Shown here piece after piece: positions 58,054 to 64,000 of a DNA stretch of 64,000 nucleotides. Source of the DNA: an uncultured Clostridia bacterium (lineage in GTDB: Bacteria; Bacillota; Clostridia; TANB77; CAG-508); NCBI GenBank assembly GCA_944390535.1, contig CALXQV010000043.1, forward strand, positions 7,056 through 71,055, in the 5' to 3' direction. Position 1 is the first letter of the stretch. Each line of letters starts with the position of its first letter. The notes beneath the pieces were generated by a model. It ran no database searches and was not told where the DNA came from. It saw only the letters and a program-made list of their open reading frames with translations. The translations under genes and the position numbers were made by a program.

Positions 58054-61000
58054 CTATGAATTGTAATGAATTTCTTTTTCCATTTTTCTTATTATATCAT
58101 CTTTTGACAATTTGTGAATAGGTTGATAGGTATTTTCTTTTTGTTTTGGGTCAAATCTACATATAGATTTATATTCACAATATTCACATGGTGTTTTTCC
58201 ATCTTTATAGTATGGTTTTAAATCAATATTCCCATCAAAAATTTCTTTTGCAATTTCTTTTATTGTTTGATAAATATATTTTTGTAATACAGAAAATTCT
58301 TCTTGTTTTACACCATTTGTCCATTTTTCAATCACTTCACCTGATTTACTAATCGCTGCTGGAACCATTTTAGAAGTTCCTGTTGTCAAAGAATTGTCAT
58401 TCATTTTTATCACTTTTACATCAGCAACAATTAATCCTTTCATTTTGAAATTTTTTCTAATCAGTTCTTCTATCTCTTCATCTGTTATTTTTTTCTCTGC
58501 TTTTATCATTTGCTCTAATAATGAAAAATAGAATACACCTGCTGGAATCAAATCTTCTTCCTGACATACAGCATCTGCATAAGTTAATAATTGGATTTGC
58601 AAACCTGCATATACTTCATTTAAGTCAATATTTTTGCTTGAAGATTTATAGTCAATAATTCTTAGATAGTTTCCATCTTCCTCTTGTGCTAAATCAATCC
58701 TGTCAATCTTTCCTGTAATTTCAATTCTTTTTCCATCCTCTAATGCTAACGTAATTGGTTTGTATTCTCCTTTTGTATCAAATGCTACTTCTGTTCCTTT
58801 AATGGAGAAATCACTATAAATCAGTGTTTGAATAATATATTTTAATGCTTTACTGACAATTTTCTTTAGCCTTCGTACTAAAATAGTATATTTTACTGTT
58901 GCCTTGAATATATAGTTTTTCGATAATTCTAAATTTTCATCAATGATTTTAGAGACTATTTTTTGAATATCTACTTCTTCCAATTCTGCTAGGTTTAAGT
59001 TATTTTCGTGCACATATTGAAAAAATTCATCAATTGTTTCATGCATAAAAGACCCTGTATTAAAACTTTGAATTTTTAATTCTTCTCTTGGTTTTACTTT
59101 TAAACCATATTGCAGATAATATGAAAATGGACATCTTCTATATTGTTCCAACCTAGATACGCTTGTATGTAACGTATTTCCATACAACTTGTCCATATTT
59201 TCTTTATTCAGCTTTTTAGGTACATTTGTATATGTTAATCCTTCCATGTCTTGCTCTAATCTTGTATGCCAATTTCCATTTTGTTGATACCAATCATATA
59301 CAACATACCATAAGTTTTCTATATCTTCTTTATTTTTTAATTGGTATAGCTTTTCTAATAATTCCTCATATGTAATATTTTGATTAACAATCTCATAATG
59401 TTTCTTTACCACATCACTTTGTTCTTCTAATTTTGGAAATAGTTTTTTTATTTTATGGATAAATATAGAAGGTCTTAAAGCTCTTCCCTCTCCATCAGAA
59501 GAAGCATAGGATAAATACATTTCTTGTTCTGCTGTGGTAAATGCTTTATATATATTAAAATTTTCTTCATATATGTTCTCTAAAGTTCCATTGGCTAATT
59601 CTATACCATCATGTTTTAATTGTTCTCTGTCTGCATCATTTAAAAATCCTTCTTCTTTGTTGACACTTGGAAAAATACCATCATTTAAACCAATCATACA
59701 TACAACTTCTACTTTATGGCTTCTTGTTCTGTCAACATCTCCTAATGTTACTTGGTCTAGCGTTGCTGGAATTTTACCTAATTCACTATTTTTTAGTCCG
59801 ATTTTTAAAATTCGGCTATATGTATCAATTGTCATTGTATCTTGTTCAAATACTAAAACAATCTCATCTAACACCTCTAGAATGATATGATAACTTTCAA
59901 TATATTCATTGGCTAAGTCTATGAATCCATTTTCTTCTAACCATTTTACTTTTTGACTAATCTTTTCTTCTATATTTTGTTGTTGTAAAAACAGATAAAT
60001 TTGTTTTGTGATATTACTTGCTGTTTTTTCTTTATCAATAGTCTTTTTTAGCATATATAATGGTTCTATTACTTGTTTTCTAATTTCATTTAATCTTTCA
60101 ATTTGTTGTTTTTTTCCTTCATCTTCTAGTTCATATTTAAAATCTTCTTTCCATTTGTTTTTCTTAATTCCCCATTTGGTACAATAATTTTCTAATTGAA
60201 ATATTTCCTCTTCTTCTAAATCTAAAAATCCTAATTTTATATAATGAAACATCGCTTCTTTTGTATAATTCGTAGTAAAAATATCAAATATAGAAAGTAG
60301 ATATTGTACAATACTATTTTGGTTTAAATCTCTTTTTTCATCAATAAATACAGGTATATCATATTTTGAAAAAATACTCCTTACCAATGAATTATACATA
60401 TCAATGTTTTTCGTAATGACAGCTATGTCCCTATATCTTAAATTTTTTTCTCTTACAAGTTTACAGATGATTTTCGCTACATTTTCAATTTCTGAATACC
60501 TGTTTTTTGCTAAAAATAGATGGATGTTTTCCACATTTTCTGCATAATTTGTGGATTTTGTATGACACATGTTTTCACTTAAGATTTGTAATTCTTTATT
60601 TTTTAAACGATACTGGTTTTGCAGATTAACAGGTTCTTCAAGTTTAAAATGGTTTTCATCTATGATTCTGATTAATTTTTTTAAGGTTTGCTTATTAGAA
60701 TAAAACACATCTACATCTGGATTGGTTTCCATTTCTAGATTATCTATACATATGGTTATATTTACTTGTTTTGCATATTGTATCAGTTGTTTTATAATTT
60801 CATATTCTTGTGCCGTATATCCTGAAAATTCGTCAATATAGATAATGCTGTTTTTTATCCAAGCAATATGTTCTATATGTTTTGCCAAAAAATCTAATAG
60901 TTCTGTTTCTTCAATATAATGATTTGAAATTTGTTCCTCATAATTTTGATATAGTAAACAAACATCTTTCAATTTTGTTTTTAAATAGGTATCTTCTATT

Positions 61001-61419
61001 TTATCTAATTCTTGATATAAGGCTTCTAATGTAATACCATGCTTTTTTAATTCTGTGATACTTTGAATACCAATTTCTATATTTTCATCACTTTTTCCTA
61101 AAAATTGAAATTCTTTTTGATGCCTAGATAGTATGGAATAAATAAGCATCGCTTTTCCACATTTCGATAAAGTGGTTTTATTTCTTCCTCCAATTTCATT
61201 TAACACTCTATTTGCCATTCGACTAAATGTAATGACTTCTGCATGAATAACTGCTTTTTGTTTTAAAAAGTGCATTAAATTTTTTTCTGCTGTAAATGAA
61301 AATTGTTCTGGCGTAATATAATATATATTTTCTTCTTTTTCTATTAAATTTGCAATTTCTGAAAAACATAAACTACTTTTTCCCGTTCCTGTTTTTCCGT
61401 AAATAATTCTTAGGCTCAT
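58054..61419 (-). CDS. addB: helicase-exonuclease AddAB, subunit AddB
   Basis: 1121 aa. N-terminal Walker A GKTGTGKS, and a C-terminal RecB-type nuclease with Fe-S Cys ligands (RRCPFSYY ... CEYCEYKSIC). Confidence 0.9.
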   Translation of the reverse strand: MSLRIIYGKTGTGKSSLCFSEIANLIEKEENIYYITPEQFSFTAEKNLMHFLKQKAVIHAEVITFSRMANRVLNEIGGRNKTTLSKCGKAMLIYSILSRHQKEFQFLGKSDENIEIGIQSITELKKHGITLEALYQELDKIEDTYLKTKLKDVCLLYQNYEEQISNHYIEETELLDFLAKHIEHIAWIKNSIIYIDEFSGYTAQEYEIIKQLIQYAKQVNITICIDNLEMETNPDVDVFYSNKQTLKKLIRIIDENHFKLEEPVNLQNQYRLKNKELQILSENMCHTKSTNYAENVENIHLFLAKNRYSEIENVAKIICKLVREKNLRYRDIAVITKNIDMYNSLVRSIFSKYDIPVFIDEKRDLNQNSIVQYLLSIFDIFTTNYTKEAMFHYIKLGFLDLEEEEIFQLENYCTKWGIKKNKWKEDFKYELEDEGKKQQIERLNEIRKQVIEPLYMLKKTIDKEKTASNITKQIYLFLQQQNIEEKISQKVKWLEENGFIDLANEYIESYHIILEVLDEIVLVFEQDTMTIDTYSRILKIGLKNSELGKIPATLDQVTLGDVDRTRSHKVEVVCMIGLNDGIFPSVNKEEGFLNDADREQLKHDGIELANGTLENIYEENFNIYKAFTTAEQEMYLSYASSDGEGRALRPSIFIHKIKKLFPKLEEQSDVVKKHYEIVNQNITYEELLEKLYQLKNKEDIENLWYVVYDWYQQNGNWHTRLEQDMEGLTYTNVPKKLNKENMDKLYGNTLHTSVSRLEQYRRCPFSYYLQYGLKVKPREELKIQSFNTGSFMHETIDEFFQYVHENNLNLAELEEVDIQKIVSKIIDENLELSKNYIFKATVKYTILVRRLKKIVSKALKYIIQTLIYSDFSIKGTEVAFDTKGEYKPITLALEDGKRIEITGKIDRIDLAQEEDGNYLRIIDYKSSSKNIDLNEVYAGLQIQLLTYADAVCQEEDLIPAGVFYFSLLEQMIKAEKKITDEEIEELIRKNFKMKGLIVADVKVIKMNDNSLTTGTSKMVPAAISKSGEVIEKWTNGVKQEEFSVLQKYIYQTIKEIAKEIFDGNIDLKPYYKDGKTPCEYCEYKSICRFDPKQKENTYQPIHKLSKDDIIRKMEKEIHYNS

Positions 61420-61434
61420 AAAAATTCTCCTTTT

Positions 61435-62316
61435 TTATGCTTCTCTTCTCCAATAAAACAAGTATTGTTGTGCTAGTCCTGCTAAATCCCCAAATTTTTC
61501 TTTTGCGATTTTTTCTATTTGTTTTTTACTTACTTTTGTTTCATCTTCTTTTTGAATATATAAGTCATTCATTACTCTTCTTACCCATACATCTATTGGG
61601 AATACCTCTAAACGTTTTAAGTCAGAAAATAGTAATATGCAATCTGCAACTTTGGGTCCTACTCCTGAAAGTGTTAATAATCTATCCCTTACTTCTATGG
61701 TATTGGGGTTTTCTTTTAACTCTTTTAAGTCTACTTTTTTTTCTAATATCATTTTTGTTGTTTCATATAGTCGAACATCTCTAAATCCTAATCCTAACTC
61801 TCGATATGTTTTGATTGTCACATCTTTTAACTCTTCTGGTGTTGGAAAGGTATAATAGTTTTTTCCTTTCCATGTTATCTGTTTTCCATATGTTTTTGAT
61901 AATCGTTCGATAATCCCTTTTATTCTTGGTATATTATTATTGGCAGATATAATAAAAGATATAATGGTTTCCCATAAATCTTGATTTAAAATTCTAATAC
62001 CTTTTCCATATTGAATACTTGTTTCTAAATACTTATCTTTTTTGGCTAATGTTTCTTTTATTGTTTCATAATTTCTATCTAAGTCAAAATATGTATATAT
62101 TTCATCTTTTAAATTCCCACTTCCACATATACCTGAAAATATATAGTCTTTTCCTTTTTTCTTTATATTTACTACATTTTCTTTCCATATGCCTGTATAA
62201 CTTCCATCTTCTTGCTCATTCCATCGAAAACATTGTCCACATTCAAATATGTCTTTTAAACAAAATGTTTCTGGATTTTTTAATATATATTGTTGTTCTT
62301 TCATTTTTAACTTCAT
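61435..62316 (-). CDS. ogg: 8-oxoguanine DNA glycosylase / AP lyase (OGG1-type, HhH-GPD)
   Basis: 293 aa. OGG_N-type motif FECGQCFRW, HhH motif LSGVGPKVADCILLF and catalytic Asp downstream. The alternative start at 62304 (MKEQQ) has better SD spacing. Confidence 0.85.
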   Translation of the reverse strand: MKLKMKEQQYILKNPETFCLKDIFECGQCFRWNEQEDGSYTGIWKENVVNIKKKGKDYIFSGICGSGNLKDEIYTYFDLDRNYETIKETLAKKDKYLETSIQYGKGIRILNQDLWETIISFIISANNNIPRIKGIIERLSKTYGKQITWKGKNYYTFPTPEELKDVTIKTYRELGLGFRDVRLYETTKMILEKKVDLKELKENPNTIEVRDRLLTLSGVGPKVADCILLFSDLKRLEVFPIDVWVRRVMNDLYIQKEDETKVSKKQIEKIAKEKFGDLAGLAQQYLFYWRREA

Positions 62317-62374
62317 TCCTTCTCAATGCACAAATCTGGTTGGAAAAGAATTAACATGTAATTATTTTTCAACC
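62317..62374 (-). promoter_or_regulatory. conserved hairpin-plus-SD leader motif (family C) directly upstream of ogg
   Basis: GGTTGAAAAATAATTA-CATG-TAATTCTTTTCCAACC, then CAGATTTGTGCATTGAGAAGGAATG on the minus strand. Matches 20253-20314. Confidence 0.4.
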
Positions 62375-62523
62375 TTTTACTCCTAATTTGCTTAAATTAT
62401 ATCACATAACAAAAAATTACTCTATACTTTCGTATAAAGTAATGTTTAATTTATTAATTATCATGATATCATCACAAAATTCCATGCTTTTTTGCATTTT
62501 TATCACAGAATTCCAGTTTGGTA

Positions 62524-63630
62524 CTAATTCCTTTCAAATTTTGTTCTATATTCGCTTTTATTTACATATTGCATAATCTGTCCTTGCATGCCAATTACCA
62601 AATCTTTGTTACCATCTAATGTATTAAATTTTAATATCGTATAGTCTGCATATAGATATTCTGTACTTCCTCCATCACTATAATATCCTATTTCACAAAA
62701 TCCATATTTTTCATCTTGTTTTATCTGGTCCAGCATATCTTGAACAGTTATAGCAGCTTGTTTTAAAGCATCTTCTAGAGAATATCCCATATCCTCTTCT
62801 ATGATAATCATGACATCTCCTGCAATGGTATAGATACCAAAATCTGTATTATCAAATTGGTTCATTTCTGCCACTCTTTTCACACCCATATCTTTTCTAC
62901 CTTCATATATTAACTCAAAACGCTTTTCATATGCTGAACTTTCTAAAGTATATTCACAAATGATAGGTAGCTCTGTCACTTCTATCAAATATGGTTCCAT
63001 AGTAACTTGTACCATATTGTCTTTTGTTTTTCGTTTCATTGTCCAATGTACACAATCATATCTTCCTGTTTCTTCTCCATTTACTGTAATTTTATAATAT
63101 CCATAAAATGCTTGGTATTCTTCTGATGTTGCATCGCTACTTGGCACTTTTATATTTACTGTATTTTCACCTTCAAAAACTGTTTCTTTTACATCTTTTC
63201 CCTGTACAAATTCTACTTGTATATGATTTTCTTTTCCCTCTTCTATGACTAAAATTGATAAACTAGCTGTATGACGATTATTCACTTTTTCTATAAATTC
63301 ATCTATCTGATTCTCATTTTGTATATTTCCATTTTCAATCCTAACGGTCTCTTGGTTTTCTTCTTGTAATTGAATACATTGTACCGTTGCTATTATCTGT
63401 CTACCAAAAAGCTTCATACACATTTCTTCAATCATGTCTGTATTAGAAACATAATATACTTCTACTGTATACCCTAATCCTTGATATGTTCCATTACCTA
63501 AATCATTTGCAAATATTGGTAATTTTCCTTGTTGTACTTGATGATACTCTGCATAGACAATACCTCCATACACGATGACACATACAGCAAAAATGATACC
63601 AATCCCTATCATTATTTTCTTTTTCATCAT
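62524..63630 (-). CDS. hypothetical exported/membrane-anchored protein
   Basis: 368 aa with an N-terminal hydrophobic segment MMKKKIMIGIGIIFAVCVIVYGG. No family recognised. Confidence 0.65.
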   Translation of the reverse strand: MMKKKIMIGIGIIFAVCVIVYGGIVYAEYHQVQQGKLPIFANDLGNGTYQGLGYTVEVYYVSNTDMIEEMCMKLFGRQIIATVQCIQLQEENQETVRIENGNIQNENQIDEFIEKVNNRHTASLSILVIEEGKENHIQVEFVQGKDVKETVFEGENTVNIKVPSSDATSEEYQAFYGYYKITVNGEETGRYDCVHWTMKRKTKDNMVQVTMEPYLIEVTELPIICEYTLESSAYEKRFELIYEGRKDMGVKRVAEMNQFDNTDFGIYTIAGDVMIIIEEDMGYSLEDALKQAAITVQDMLDQIKQDEKYGFCEIGYYSDGGSTEYLYADYTILKFNTLDGNKDLVIGMQGQIMQYVNKSEYRTKFERN

Positions 63631-63648
63631 ACCACCTTTTCCTTTCTA

Positions 63649-64000
63649 TTATTTAGACAATTTCTTTTTTGTTTTTAGTTGGTATTTTATGAAAAAAATA
63701 ATAGTCATTATGAAAAATATAATCGATATTCCCAACATGGTGATTCCTATATATGTATTCTGATTTTGCACAGTATCTTCTTTTCTGATTTCCTGCTTTA
63801 TCTCATCTTCTTGTATTATTGTATTGCTTACTGTTTCATTTTTGAGTTCTTCTGTTTTATTTCCTGTTTCTCCTTTTGTTGTGTTTTCCTCTTGTATAAT
63901 ATCTTGTATTTCTTTATGCTGTTCATTATCTTGGAAATCTTCATAATTTGTGGCACTATCTTCTTGCAAACTATTTTGTGTCTCACTTGCTTCTTCTTTT
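63649..64000 (-). CDS. hypothetical acidic protein with C-terminal TM anchor, 5' end probably outside window
   Basis: The frame stays open from 63969 to the window edge (KEEASETQNSLQEDSA...). The C-terminus is GITMLGISIIFFIMTIIFFIKYQLKTKKK. Confidence 0.5.
   Translation of the reverse strand, partial: KEEASETQNSLQEDSATNYEDFQDNEQHKEIQDIIQEENTTKGETGNKTEELKNETVSNTIIQEDEIKQEIRKEDTVQNQNTYIGITMLGISIIFFIMTIIFFIKYQLKTKKKLSK

Overview
Low-GC Firmicutes-type chromosomal segment (Clostridia/Erysipelotrichia-like gene content; taxonomy not provable from here) with about 50 CDS, most on the minus strand. The bulk is housekeeping: dnaG-rpoD, mfd, leuS, topB, addB, ogg, adhE, pflB-pflA, a NifS-type desulfurase, tcdA, trmL, a small alarmone synthetase, an OmpR/HK two-component pair, and MscS, MFS and CNNM transporters. 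No rRNA, tRNA, CRISPR array, transposase, integrase or phage block was recognised. The most interesting signal is a duplicated regulatory architecture. Two paralogous exported proteins (10934-12163 and 37589-39313) combine a pilin-like N-terminus with an FGE/SUMF1-type C-terminal domain. Each is preceded by a ~200-bp segment bracketed by perfect 21-bp inverted repeats with a shared core. Each segment carries a near-consensus extended -10 promoter that currently points away from the gene. I read these as two invertible promoter switches caught in the OFF orientation. No recombinase is present in the window. Next to the first switch is a sortase/thioester-type adhesin pair with three oddities: LPVTG almost at the C-terminus, TQ replaced by TK, and a sortase membrane anchor reachable only from an AUU/AUA start. 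The intergenic DNA also holds three structured repeat families and several very long perfect palindromes. The families are a modular ~325-bp multi-hairpin element (3 copies), a ~180-190-bp long hairpin with a conserved core and copy-specific self-complementary outer arms (2 copies), and a hairpin-plus-SD leader motif in front of rpoD and ogg. All functional readings of these elements are inferences from sequence only.
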